From positions 1 through 64,000 of the forward strand of contig BCKZ01000042.1 of assembly GCA_001600815.1 (NCBI GenBank): 64,000 nucleotides of DNA. Reading direction: 5' to 3'. This DNA comes from Alloascoidea hylecoeti. Taxonomy: Eukaryota. Both the position numbers and the translations under genes were made by a program. The notes beneath the pieces were generated by a model. The model was given only the letters and a program-made list of their open reading frames with translations. It did no database searches and was not told the origin of the DNA. Positions within the stretch are counted from its first letter, which is position 1, and each line of letters starts with the position of its first letter. This document shows positions 44,601 to 55,750 of this stretch, piece by piece.

Positions 44601-46229
44601 TTCTGGAAGTTTGCTATCATCTTTCGAATTCTGTTGATCATTGAGATTAAGATTAGTGTTAGGTCCAGATTTAAGCTTTATTATTTCATCCCCTTCCTTC
44701 TCATCTTCTTGTGACAATAATGCCCTTGATAATAAATAGTTAACATGACTTGGTGTACTTACTACTCGGGCTTTTTCTGCTAGTGGTGAAGGAGATGCTG
44801 ATGGTGGTTTTGAATAGAATATTCTTGGTTTGGGAGTAACAGTTCCGTTCGAAACTATCTTTTTAACTTTAGACGCTGCAGATGATGGTAATGGTGGTGT
44901 ATTAGAACCCGGTCTAAACCCCCCTTTATTAAAGAAAGGTTGAGATTCACCAGGTCCCGGTATATTAGGAGATGTTGTACGACTTTCTATACTAAAAGAT
45001 CTACCCCTAAGCAATTTTGGTTTACCAGGTAAACTTGGGCGATTTTTTCCAACTGTTGGTGGTTTATTTTGAGGTGGATTATGACCGTTGACATCTTTTT
45101 TTGCGATTTGAAGTGATAACTTTTCGTTATAATATGAAAGCTTTTTAGCGGCTGATATAGGAAGAAGTGGTTGCTTAGCCCCTGATGCCAACCCATCGAT
45201 TCTCGTAGAGGATGACGAACGTTGCAAAGGTTTCACGGTTGAATTTTCCTGAGAAATGTCAACAGCTGCAGGTTCACAGGTACTTTTGGGGTGCTGCCAT
45301 AATAGATGTACCGGTTTTGAAGGTGTAGGCGGAAGCGGTTTTCGATTTGTTGCAGACATGGACTTAGAACGTGTAGTTGACGGCTGAAGCTCTCTTCTAC
45401 TTACTCTAGAACGAGACCTTGGTGGTACTGGAGGTGGTGGCTTTCCTGGTTTACTATTAGTTGTAGAATTTGTTGGTATGTTATTGCTGATAAGCCTTCC
45501 TCGTCTCTCGTTTTGTTCAGATATTGCAGGTGAAGACTTTCTAGGGACGGGAGGTGGTCTTCCTCTAGATTTACTTCTGGCTTGACGAATAATTTCTTCC
45601 ATTTTTGCGGTGTTATTTCGACCTCTTCTCAAAGGCTCATGTGTTTTATTAGGGCTAGAACTCAAGGCTATAGGTGGCTGTATGGTTTCATTTGCAGTGT
45701 AGGATCTTCTCATGCCAGAGAACCCCATCTTTACAGCGGGATCATATCTTGTGCTAACTGAAGACTCTGAACTTGGATAAGATGTGTTTGATTCAGCGGT
45801 CTCTGATCTTGGGGAATCTTCTAATTCGAATCTAGAGTATCGGTATTTTTCGTCTAGATCTGCAACAGGTATTTGAAAATTTTTATTTTTACTATGTAAG
45901 GGCGATCCAAACATCTTTTCGAGAGTAGGCAAAGTTTCGAATTCTTTTATACCAGTAGGGGTGTTTAAAACAAAGTCATTAATATTATTGATGGTTTGTA
46001 TTTGGTCTTCTTTATTTTCATACAGGCTAGATGATACCCTTTCTTGTCTGCATATATTTGAGTTTTTCTCTGCTTTGAATGAAGGTTGAGATTCATTTAG
46101 GTTTTTTGAATTCGTTCCTATTGCTTGCTCTAATGCTAAGGCCAGATTTTGTATTCTTCCATTACTTCTCGGAACATATTTCGTGTTGGTTATGGGTTGT
46201 TTTTTTCTAGTCTGGTTAAGGCTTTTCAT
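41601..46229 (-). CDS. VRP1: Verprolin/WIP-like proline/serine-rich protein, 1542 aa
   Basis: The C-terminus IDDSRFIFKSDDELPTPGKY...YPTGTGTNVP matches the Vrp1 Las17/WASP-binding tail. SH3-ligand motifs (PPPVPPR, RKPLPPTP) are present, and the gene lies near SGD1 as VRP1 does in S. cerevisiae. Confidence 0.7.
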   Translation of the reverse strand: MKSLNQTRKKQPITNTKYVPRSNGRIQNLALALEQAIGTNSKNLNESQPSFKAEKNSNICRQERVSSSLYENKEDQIQTINNINDFVLNTPTGIKEFETLPTLEKMFGSPLHSKNKNFQIPVADLDEKYRYSRFELEDSPRSETAESNTSYPSSESSVSTRYDPAVKMGFSGMRRSYTANETIQPPIALSSSPNKTHEPLRRGRNNTAKMEEIIRQARSKSRGRPPPVPRKSSPAISEQNERRGRLISNNIPTNSTTNSKPGKPPPPVPPRSRSRVSRRELQPSTTRSKSMSATNRKPLPPTPSKPVHLLWQHPKSTCEPAAVDISQENSTVKPLQRSSSSTRIDGLASGAKQPLLPISAAKKLSYYNEKLSLQIAKKDVNGHNPPQNKPPTVGKNRPSLPGKPKLLRGRSFSIESRTTSPNIPGPGESQPFFNKGGFRPGSNTPPLPSSAASKVKKIVSNGTVTPKPRIFYSKPPSASPSPLAEKARVVSTPSHVNYLLSRALLSQEDEKEGDEIIKLKSGPNTNLNLNDQQNSKDDSKLPETVNIDKVMLTNELNYKKDEIVNSVDKLLGNDQETTIQDIQMLTKSDDDPNFKETIHNDKNIPEVNSTALINTSNVTQMSDSSGAKSPKLTQKRGLTNLRRTHTISGVLQKKIPNSIPNVTSKTTESEIVQLKRSSSFAQSRKLLMKQFNCDHIIGSPKPKGESLTTNETSKPEIISPPQSPQNNVIELNTHKYSKIARIETSLRSGFNLFSEQAISSDSDSEDETITSASLLLKGKIQPSSISHSLTEPFNNLEQINQDQLPNYTMSPNSSQSNPINTSKPSKTIKIDPPVNSNDVTLNRIKSPQISKTKKKDELNENFSFGPKNRRNSVAELKEQFSKPSFILENPKVKGKSHGNPNFRDRRFKRGFKLKDNNDDDDGDDDDDDNEEVQHISICKNFVKKKPVTPTKSGLSADEIKARVLKPGFSEKNSVQGKDDAILEKTNANTSFQLPVGQVQKPQEIKPITSDLKECPQLNLPSSSVNIKEPLLIPTPQVIDIPPEKQQSSDLIQTTAAVSPTTSGIKPVQNSFSNEIPSFHNDIPKNFRISKVVKNKLAEALFGIPTPVENEPPVDIPVNQTPVRIDSAVNVAASQTPTNIDPAVDVQVNQTRGRKNPYISSHDIMGKSSIHTEVKNKLAEALFGVQTPVKIDSAVDMPVNQSRSRKNSYETSSSITNHTEVKNKLAEALFGVQTPVKIDSVVDIPANQAPVDINSAVDMPVNQTRSRKNSYETSSTISNHDMMRISPNNTGATWYGSKISLETATTVEYATSSNINVSNKQVKSLELPSIQDETFNYNEPVNVSTPAVSPNMNTYDETFQLTGVVSDFNFDNIVSSVNTTNNTSTNNSTLENSADISVDDNKSIKSTDPLVTQQNIKRALDGFFNKTEIKPTQTKTNTSITIKLHKHSSSKNSPKSYRHHHSRGRRRSIEAPSFRSRNTSSINVSGLIRMPNSSRLQIDDSRFIFKSDDELPTPGKYKGFKKYYPTGTGTNVPIKFSHFSLNE
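42410..42960 (-). repeat. Intragenic tandem repeats in the VRP1-like gene (3x KNKLAEALFG plus multiple AVD(M/I/V)PVNQ)
   Basis: Near-identical DNA units at about 42541, 42682 and 42925. Confidence 0.9.
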
Positions 46230-46499
46230 AATTAAACTTTTAGGTTTTTACACCAAAACTAATAGAGTGACACAGAACAGAAAATGTTCTAAAGAAATAT
46301 AAAAAATGGAAGAAAATTTCAGCCCAAAATCTCTTTGCGAAATACCCGACTTTTATGATCAATCGGGGGTATGTGATTAATATCGTAATCGATTTGATAT
46401 TACATAACTAGTTTACACGCTATCCTTGCCAATTGAATTGCATATCTCATGCTCCATCATTAGGTCCTGAATTCGAAACCCCACAAAAACACTCTTGAT

Positions 46500-46870
46500 A
46501 ACAATCATTTTATGATGAAGCTGACTTAGGCTTGATTCTAAGAAGGGTGACTAACTGCCAATCGGAAGAATTCGTGTTTCAACTCTCATTAGAATCCTCA
46601 TTTGGGAAAATTATAATCTTTGCTACAGCTGTCATAAATCAAAAAATATATCTAGAACATTTGAAAAAGATTTCAAATGACAAAGATGACTATTAATTAT
46701 TACTAAAAATAAAATCATAATAATCAACAGATGATGAACCGGACAGAAAATACACTTAATAAAAAAATAGTTAATAAGATAAAATGACAAATATGGTATA
46801 TTTGAAAGCCACGTATACATAATAATTGTGCGAATAATGTAATAGTCGCATAGTTGCTGGGACATCATCA
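46500..46870 (+). mobile_element. Degenerate Tc1-type DDE transposase fragment
   Basis: FYDEA at 46508, in frame with INQKIYLEHL at about 46634. caacagatgatgaaccg at 46725 resembles QQDNAP. CWDII at about 46855. Confidence 0.4.
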
Positions 46871-48489
46871 CAAGCACCTGTAGTATTCATAATAAAAAAT
46901 CTGCAATTCGTTCCAGAATTACAATAAAATTGGCATTCTATATTATAAGCAAGTTCGGCTCACGATGATATAAATTTACAACTCAATTATAAAAAGGGAA
47001 TAAGCATTCAATTATAAGGATAAAAAAATTTAAGTATCTTATATTATTGTTAGTTATATTTACATTACTTTATTGGATAATAACAAAAGTCAGAAAATAA
47101 AAAGATGTCTATGAATAACGAATCATTATTCTATAAATATATATATATATGATCATGAAATTTATAATAAAAAGTTTTCTTACGTATACCTAGAGTAATA
47201 TATGAGACACGATGAGATAAATTCACAACTGCAAGACAACAGATACGTATAAAATTCTGGTAGAATTGCTGGAATTGGGATTCGGGAAGTTTAATTTGCA
47301 ATTGAGCTTCGAAATTGTAACCGTTGCGTATAGGTCTCAACACCTATTACCTATATAGTATGGTAGATCTATTACCTAGCAAGTTATCTACATTCATATA
47401 GTAAATCTTAGAGGCTGTGCAAGTCATATATGTATCCAATCATATACAGTAAATGGTTATATTTATAGAGATCAACAATACTAGTATACGTAGCTGGTAC
47501 AAGGTGTACCTTCGAATATTCCTTTGTGAACACTTTTCAAAATTTTCAAAATTCGAAAAAAAAAAATAGAAATCGATGAATTTGAATTTTTTTTTAGATT
47601 TTAGATATTTGAATGGAACCTTCTTCATGTGCATTATTATTTTTAGAAAATTTTAAAAGATGTGTCTGTTAGGGATGTTATGGAAGGTGCTCTTAAGGTG
47701 CTTAAGCCAGTAACGCTATTATTAGAACATGTTTTGAAATTCCAATTACAATTGGGCAAATAGATAAATATTTAAATTTGTATAAAGATTATATTAGTAA
47801 AATATTTCCTCTACAACATTAACAAACATTCCACTTAAACACGCAAATGCAGCGGTATACGTAGTTTAACAAGTTCAAATATAGTGTGTGACTGTATGTT
47901 ACACATTTAATACCATACTGGCAAGTCATCAGAATGGTTCCAAATGGCAGAAGTGGAAGACTGTTCACTGAAAGTTGAAAGAATTGAATATCGAAATTAG
48001 AAAATCTTAATATTTCAAACAATCTTAAAATTTGTAATTGAATGTGTTTCTTTAATAAATATAATTACGATTTTTTAACTAAAAAACTATAAGATAAATA
48101 AATATAGCAAATGAAAACAATCAGCAGAGCAAAGAGAAAAAAATTATATTAATAATTAATAAATTAAATAATATGGCAGTAAAACAATACAACAATGCGA
48201 TAACAATTAATATTAAGACCTTTATAAAGAGATTCAATGATTAAATTATAATTTTATACTTTCCAAGCATTTCAATAATAAATAATCCTTTCAAATATAA
48301 ACCATCAGAATTTCAAATCATTTAGCCAAATATAACCTGAATTTTTAATAAGTCTTGATATTTCACCATACACAGACTCAATTAAATAATTTCAAGGTAT
48401 AATCATAAAGCTATAAGAATAGCCAGAAAGTTCATCATTTGGTTAAAATGTTAATAATACTTGGACTGACAAGTAGTGACAGCACACAC

Positions 48490-48900
48490 TATACATATTA
48501 CTAGTCAACAGGATCGGGGTATTTATAAAGAAGAAATTTTAAACAAATGAGAATGGGATTTTATACTCTACATACACGTGATTCTAATTTCGGGATATAA
48601 AAAAAGATGTATTAAGCATGGCACGATATGATGGAGTCATACTTCCACAACTCCAGACAGAGTCTTAAATAAATTATCACAGGTTATGGGCCAAACTTAT
48701 TTCTACATTGGAATCCCCTAGTGTAAACATAAAATACTTCTTTCAAGATCACAGCTAGCAATTATCCAAAAAGTAATCTATCCAACACCCATCGCAGTGA
48801 TCATACACAGTGGAATTCATTTCTGGATAACTATAGGTTCTACCTCCTTCACCATCCATATCTTTGTTCTGAAACAACCAATCAGTAGATTCACTTTTTG
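48490..48900 (-). mobile_element. Possible degenerate Tc1-type transposase fragment
   Basis: GVG*ITFW (like GGG.VMFWG) is in frame with HHIVPC (like QDNAPC), followed by YPD after a frameshift. Confidence 0.28.
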
Positions 48901-49474
48901 GCTGTGGGTTATGACAATGAGATGAATCATCATTAATGGAGTTATTCTCATTTGTTAATTGTGACAAGAATTATATGGAATGAGATGAGAAAAAATCCAC
49001 TTCTATCGATGTGTCAACCTTAATAATTACATGTATATCTCAAGCATTGAGTATTTTTTTATTATAGAGCAAATGCTCAGCTTTATAAGAACTATTCTAA
49101 GGTAACTATTTTTAATAATTATGAGCAGATAACATCTAGGGATGAATAGAATCTCAAGTTCGATAACTATTTAAAATATAAAAATCTGTTTAAACTTTTA
49201 TGTGTTTAACACGACACGACGTGTGCTACGCATATGCTGGGTAATCCTTTTGAACTAAATATTAAGCCATAATATATATTAAAGACTGGCCTGCGTTGAT
49301 CATGAATCGTATGCATTATAACGTCATTTAGATTTTAAACCTATTACCATTTTCCACTTCTTATCTTTTATTTGCTACTTTTATTTTATTTTCTTCTTTC
49401 TTTTCTTTTCTTTTCTTTCTCTTTGTCTGATAAATCAATTCCAATTATAACGTCTCAATTATAATATTTAAAAC

Positions 49475-51199
49475 ATGTCTGAAAAATCCAAATCAACACA
49501 AAAAGAAATTCCATTAGCTGAATATCTTTTCCAACGTCTTCATCAATTGAAGGTTTATTCAGTTTTCGGAGTTCCCGGAGATTTCAATTTAACTTTACTT
49601 GATAAAATTTATGATGTTGAAGGAATGAGATGGGTTGGTAATGCCAATGAACTTAACGCCGGTTATGCCGCTGATGGGTATTCTAGAATCAAAGGCTTAT
49701 CTTGTATCATCACCACTTTTGGTGTTGGAGAATTATCAGCACTCAATGCCGTTGCAGGATCATATGCGGAACATGTTGGAGTTATTCATGTTGTTGGTGT
49801 TCCAACAATTGAATCTCAAGCTAAACAATTATTACTTCATCATACTTTAGGAAATGGTGATTTTACGGTATTTCATAAGATTTCTTCAAATGTTTCTCAA
49901 GATAGTTGTTTTTTAAAAGATGTTCATAATGCACCTTTTGAAATTGATCGAGTTATTAGATCTGCTTATATTCATCAAAAACCAACATATCTTGCCTTCC
50001 CATCTAATTTGGTTGATTGTAAAGTCCCAGCTTCATTATTAGATACTCCAATTGATTTATCAGCACAACCAAATGATGAAGAATCAGAAGATGAAGTTGT
50101 TGAAAATATTCTAAATTTAATTTCAAAGGCAAAAAATCCAGTTGTTTTAGTTGATGCTTGTGCATCTCGTCATCATGTTAAACAAGAAGCTGCAAAATTA
50201 ATTGATGCTACACAGTTCCCTGTTTTTGTAACACCAATGGGTAAAGGATCATTTGATGAACATCATCCAAGGTTTGGTGGTGTTTATATTGGAACACTTT
50301 CTCATCCAGATATTAAAAAAGCTGTTGAATCATCAGATCTTATCTTATCAATAGGTGCTATATTATCAGATTATAACACTGGGTCATTTTCATACCATTA
50401 TAACACTAAAAATGTAGTTGAATTTCATTCTGATCATATTAAAATTAGAAATGCTACATATCCTGGTATTCAAATGAAATTTGTTTTAAAAAGAATTATT
50501 GAATCAATTGAAAATAAAAATAATAAATATATTGATCATTATATTCCAATTTCAGTTCCATCAGCTGAAAAATTAAATAAACCAACATCACCAGAAGCTG
50601 CTCTTTCACAACATTGGTTATGGAATAGATTATCAAGTTGGTTAAGACCAGGGGATGTAGTTGTTACTGAAACAGGCACTTCATCCTTTGGTATTATTCA
50701 AACACAATTTGCACCAGATACAACAGGTATTTCACAAGTTTTATGGGGATCAATTGGTTATTCAGTTGGTTCATGTCTTGGAGCAGTTATGGCATCAGAA
50801 GAAATTTCAAAAGCAAAAAGAGTTTTATTATTTGTTGGAGATGGATCATTACAATTAACAGTTCAAGAATTATCAACAATGATTAAATGGGATTTAAAAC
50901 CATACCTTTTTGTTTTAAATAATGAAGGATATACAATTGAAAGATTAATTCATGGACGTGAAGCACAATATAATGATATTCAACCATGGGATCATAAATC
51001 TTTATTACCAACATTTGGATCAAAAAATTATTTTACAAAAACTATTTCAACAATTGGTGAATTTGATGAATTAATTGATGATAAAGAATTTATTGAACCA
51101 ACAAAAATTAGATTAATTGAAATCATGTTACCAAAATTTGATGCACCTATTAATTTGATTAAACAAGCAGAACTTTCTGCTAAATCTAATTCGGAATAA
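49475..51199 (+). CDS. PDC1: Pyruvate decarboxylase, copy A, 574 aa
   Basis: FGVPGDFNL, NELNAGYAADGY, LLHHTLG, VDAC, ThDP motif GDGS...LNN, GYTIE. Confidence 0.96.
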   Translation: MSEKSKSTQKEIPLAEYLFQRLHQLKVYSVFGVPGDFNLTLLDKIYDVEGMRWVGNANELNAGYAADGYSRIKGLSCIITTFGVGELSALNAVAGSYAEHVGVIHVVGVPTIESQAKQLLLHHTLGNGDFTVFHKISSNVSQDSCFLKDVHNAPFEIDRVIRSAYIHQKPTYLAFPSNLVDCKVPASLLDTPIDLSAQPNDEESEDEVVENILNLISKAKNPVVLVDACASRHHVKQEAAKLIDATQFPVFVTPMGKGSFDEHHPRFGGVYIGTLSHPDIKKAVESSDLILSIGAILSDYNTGSFSYHYNTKNVVEFHSDHIKIRNATYPGIQMKFVLKRIIESIENKNNKYIDHYIPISVPSAEKLNKPTSPEAALSQHWLWNRLSSWLRPGDVVVTETGTSSFGIIQTQFAPDTTGISQVLWGSIGYSVGSCLGAVMASEEISKAKRVLLFVGDGSLQLTVQELSTMIKWDLKPYLFVLNNEGYTIERLIHGREAQYNDIQPWDHKSLLPTFGSKNYFTKTISTIGEFDELIDDKEFIEPTKIRLIEIMLPKFDAPINLIKQAELSAKSNSE

Positions 51200-52262
51200 T
51201 TTTCTTATATATCTGGTATTGAATTAATTTCATCTGGTGTTGCTATTGGTATCAGTTGATAGAAGGTGTGTTAAGATGGAAAACTAAACCCATCGGAAGT
51301 CCGCTAGTTTATTAATACCATAATTCTTTAACTGTTGAATAATTAATAACTATTATCCGTGCGCGGTTTTATAAAATTAGATCAACATCGTAACTGTGAT
51401 ATACGCCTATATATGTATTAACATTGAATGTAATGAATCTGTAACTAATTATAGAAAATAACTACTTGAGCCTAGTTTGCTTGCTTTAAGCTATAAGATT
51501 GGTATTTAAATTATTCATTTCAAATGTTATTATAACATTAACTTTTAAATTATAAAATCTAGAGCGTAGAATTCTATAATTACGGACAACAACCCATTGA
51601 TCAATATCTTGAGTCTTGACGCCCAATCTAATACTAACTAATTAAAATAAGAAGAAATGTCAAAATTATGAATATTATAATTGACAAGTAGTTTGGTGAT
51701 AAGTTGATAACCATCTCAACACCAATTTTGATAACATCAGCAGACTCACTTTTTTATGGGTTATGATTAATATGCATACTTATTAAATTTAAAGTAATAC
51801 GTGGATGTGGCACAATGTGGTACAATAGTGGGATTCTGTTATCTTCCCATGGAGTAAGACTAAGGTATCTGGTGATGAGGAAAAAGTCGTTAAATATTAA
51901 TAAAGTCTACAATGTAAGAGAATAATTCTTTAAAATTATTCGGAATAAAGAAGAAATAAGCCTTCAGTTCATCACATACTTACTTTACTCAGTTAATAGA
52001 AATCAAGAATTTTAATTCATGTTCTTCCGATGAATATTCTAAAACGGTTCGTAAGTAAACATAAAGCATTCACTTGTTGAACCATCACCATCACCAAGAT
52101 CACCAGCTTCTATAATCCTGCATAAATGAATATAATATTTATGATTAACTTGATTATCTAAAGGTTGAATCTAGATTTGATATACACGTTTTATGATAAA
52201 TGTAAAAGATATTTGATATTTATATAAAAGTACCTGTTTTCCTAAAAATTATCAACATTTAA

Positions 52263-52335
52263 AATTACATTTACATTTACATTTGCAATTACAATTACAA
52301 TTACAATTACAATTACAATTACAATTATAATTACT
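52263..52335 (+). repeat. (ATTACA/TTTACA)n hexamer microsatellite in the leader of PDC copy B
   Basis: About 12 imperfect hexamer units ending roughly 15 bp before ATG 52351. Confidence 0.9.
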
Positions 52336-52350
52336 ATTAATTGAATTAAA

Positions 52351-54045
52351 ATGGAACATAAACAAATAACATTAGGAGAATATTTATTCCAAAGACTTCG
52401 TCAATTAGACGTTCGTTCAATTTTTGGACTTCCAGGAGATTTTAACTTAGCACTTCTTGATCATATCGATGACGTTGAAGGATTAAGATGGGTTGGAAAT
52501 GCCAATGAATTAAACGCAGGATATGCAACAGATGGTTATTCCAGAGTTAAAGGAATGGGATGCATAGTAACAACTTTTGGAGTTGGAGAATTATCTGCTG
52601 TTAATGCTCAAGCAGGATCATACTCAGAACATGTTGGATTATTACATGTTGTTGGTGTTCCAACAATTCAATCACAAGCAAAACAATTATTTTTACATCA
52701 TACTTTAGGAAATGGAGATTTTAATGTATTTCATAAAATTTTTGATAATATTTCAATAACAAGTTCAATTTTAAAAGATTTACATACAGCACCAATTGAA
52801 ATTGATAGAGTTATAAAAGAAGCTTTTGTTCATCAAAGACCAACATATTTAGCATTTCCTTCAAATTTTGTTGAAGAAAAGGTCCCAAGATCATTATTAG
52901 ATAAACCATTAGATTTGGAATTAAATCCAAATGATATTGAATCTGAATCAGAAGTTGTTTCAAATATTTTAGAAATGATATCAAAGGCATCAAATCCAAT
53001 TGTTTTGGTTGATGCTTGTGCATCAAGACATCATGTTATTGATGAAGTTCATAAATTAATTGAAGTATCACAATTCCCAGTTTTTGTAACCCCAATGGGT
53101 AAAGGTACAGTTAATGAACATGATCCAAGATTTGGAGGAGTTTATGTTGGATCATTATCATCTTTGGAAATTAGAGAGGCAGTTGAATCATCGGATTTAA
53201 TTTTATCGGTTGGTGCTATATTATCAGATTATAATACAGGTGCTTGGACATATCATTATCAAACAAAAAATGTAATTGAATTACATTCAGATTATACAAA
53301 AATTAAAAGTGCAACATTTCCAGGAGTTCAAATGAAATTTGTTATACCAAAATTAACAGAATCAATTAAAGAATACATTATTGATTATGAACCAGTTCGT
53401 GTTCCACAAAGGAAAATTATTAATACACCAGCACCATTTGATGTTCCATTAAATCAATCATGGTTTTGGGTTAGATTTTCATCATGGTTAAGACCAGGAG
53501 ATGTTGTTATTTCAGAAACAGGTACTTCATCATTTGGTATAATTCAAACGAAATATCCAGCTAATACAATAGGAATTTCACAAGTCTTATGGGGATCTAT
53601 TGGTTATTCTGTAGGATCATGTCTTGGAGCTACAATGGCAGCAGAAGAACTTGATCCAAATAAAAGAGTTATTCTGTTTGTTGGAGATGGATCATTACAG
53701 TTAACAGTTCAAGAATTATCAACAATGATTAAATGGAAATTAAAACCAATTATATTTGTATTAAATAATGATGGTTATACAATTGAAAGATTAATTCATG
53801 GATTAACATCCACATACAATGATATTCAACCATGGGATCACAAGGCATTATTGCCATTATTTGGAGCAAAAGATTATGTTACAGATACAGTTTCAACAAC
53901 AGGAGAATTAAATAAATATTTAAATGATGAAGAGTTTTCCGAACCAAATAAAATTAAACTGATTGAAGTTATGTTACCAAAATTGGATGCACCAATTAAT
54001 TTGATCAAGCAGGCTGAAATATCGGCGAAAACAAATTCAGAATAG
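52351..54045 (+). CDS. Pyruvate decarboxylase, copy B, 564 aa
   Basis: Same catalytic and ThDP motifs as copy A; tandem paralog. Confidence 0.96.
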   Translation: MEHKQITLGEYLFQRLRQLDVRSIFGLPGDFNLALLDHIDDVEGLRWVGNANELNAGYATDGYSRVKGMGCIVTTFGVGELSAVNAQAGSYSEHVGLLHVVGVPTIQSQAKQLFLHHTLGNGDFNVFHKIFDNISITSSILKDLHTAPIEIDRVIKEAFVHQRPTYLAFPSNFVEEKVPRSLLDKPLDLELNPNDIESESEVVSNILEMISKASNPIVLVDACASRHHVIDEVHKLIEVSQFPVFVTPMGKGTVNEHDPRFGGVYVGSLSSLEIREAVESSDLILSVGAILSDYNTGAWTYHYQTKNVIELHSDYTKIKSATFPGVQMKFVIPKLTESIKEYIIDYEPVRVPQRKIINTPAPFDVPLNQSWFWVRFSSWLRPGDVVISETGTSSFGIIQTKYPANTIGISQVLWGSIGYSVGSCLGATMAAEELDPNKRVILFVGDGSLQLTVQELSTMIKWKLKPIIFVLNNDGYTIERLIHGLTSTYNDIQPWDHKALLPLFGAKDYVTDTVSTTGELNKYLNDEEFSEPNKIKLIEVMLPKLDAPINLIKQAEISAKTNSE

Positions 54046-54262
54046 ACACAAATAGAAGTAGAAAATAGATTATACAGACGTACGGATGTTATGTCATTTG
54101 ATGTGAGTTGACGTTGAAGTTTAAATTGAAAGGAGTCCGGAGATTATTAGATAGGAATATCTCCATTCGCTCGTTTGCTCTCATTTTATATTATATTTTT
54201 ATTTTGTTTTATTTTTTTTTCTATTTTATATAATTTTTAATACGCCATATTGCTAATAAACA

Positions 54263-55420
54263 ATGACAAAAAATAAATCCTCGGATTTTGACACATCTAA
54301 CAAGCAATCACTAACATCTGATAATTGCAATGAAACATCCATATCGTCGACTCAACAAAATGAAAATGAAAATGAAAACCAGAATGAAAAGTTATCAAAA
54401 CAGCAACTAAAATTATCAAATGTAATAATTGATCAATTTAATTTAGAAATTTTATTAAAACATCGAGAATTGTTAGAAATCAACAAAAATTTAAAAAAAG
54501 TTAAAAGATTAATATCAAATATACAATCTTTTACAAATTCTAAAAATAATGGTACTTTACAGACACAAACACAAACACAAACTCATAATGTAGTACATTT
54601 TAAAGATATTGATTATTCAAGATCAAGAACAAGATCATCAACTTCACAAATAAAACCTCCAAAATCAAAATATTCAAATTCAAATACAGTTATTTGTATA
54701 ACAAGAAGAAAAGATGGTGTATTAGTTAAATTAACATGTTTAAATTGCAATCGATCAAATTTTATAAATACTCAAGGTTTCATTAATCATTGTCGTTTTG
54801 CTCATGGTAAAGAATATTTAACCCATATTGAAGCTATTAATAATTGTGCTTCTATCATTGAAGATCAAGATGAAATTGGAATGAAGGCTTTAAAATATTT
54901 AAATGATGTAACAAATAATGAAAACAAGAGGAAACTTGATGAAATTAATGATTCAACAAACATAACAAAGCGAATTAAAAAAGAAGAGGATTTGAATGTT
55001 CCATTAGAAGGAGCAATTAAAGAAGCAAGGAAATTAAATATTAATGTTGATGAATTAATACAAAATTCAGCAACTGCAAAACCATATGAATCAAAGATTA
55101 AGAAAAGTAAGAATAAAACAAAAATCAAAACAAAAATTAAAAATAAATCAAAAATAAATATAAATATTAATACTAATACTCATACTAATACCCGAAAGAA
55201 AAATAAATCCAATATTAATACTTTAGATACAAAGATCAAGAAAATTGATAGTGATAATGACAATGAATTTGAACAAATCCCAAGAGTTTTACCATCAGTT
55301 AAACAAGTTAATAATTTAGATTGTTCCATTGAAATAAAACAATTACAAAAAATTAATATTAATATTGATGATAATTCAAAAACTAAATTTTATTATCTTC
55401 GTTCTGTTTCAATGAATTAA
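54263..55420 (+). CDS. AHC1: Ahc1-like ADA histone acetyltransferase complex subunit, 385 aa
   Basis: DQFNLEILLKHREL coiled coil; RRKDGVLVKLTCLNCNRSNFINTQGFINHCRFAH zinc finger. Confidence 0.75.
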   Translation: MTKNKSSDFDTSNKQSLTSDNCNETSISSTQQNENENENQNEKLSKQQLKLSNVIIDQFNLEILLKHRELLEINKNLKKVKRLISNIQSFTNSKNNGTLQTQTQTQTHNVVHFKDIDYSRSRTRSSTSQIKPPKSKYSNSNTVICITRRKDGVLVKLTCLNCNRSNFINTQGFINHCRFAHGKEYLTHIEAINNCASIIEDQDEIGMKALKYLNDVTNNENKRKLDEINDSTNITKRIKKEEDLNVPLEGAIKEARKLNINVDELIQNSATAKPYESKIKKSKNKTKIKTKIKNKSKINININTNTHTNTRKKNKSNINTLDTKIKKIDSDNDNEFEQIPRVLPSVKQVNNLDCSIEIKQLQKININIDDNSKTKFYYLRSVSMN

Positions 55421-55750
55421 ATAATTAGTGTCTTGTTTTTATATATAATAAAATATAATGAATTATGATCCATAAAATAACCATATAACATTTTGAAATA
55501 TGTCGAGGTTTATAAAAATAACATCACGTGCCAATCTTTTCTATTTTTTCGCACACTTTATTTTTTTTAATGAATGTGTTCACTCTGATTTAATTTTAAA
55601 CCTTCAAAAAGAATTCGCCACTTTTTTTTAATATTTATTACTTAAATTTTTTAGATAACAGTCTAAAAATAACAAATCAACAAGTTTTAAATTTATAACT
55701 TGAACATCAAACTTACGAACAGGATTAATTACTATAACAACAAATATAAA

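Noticed and set aside
48576..48582. CACGTGA near AT-rich DNA as point-centromere CDEI
   Set aside because: No CDEII/CDEIII arrangement is present, and the lineage is unlikely to have point centromeres.
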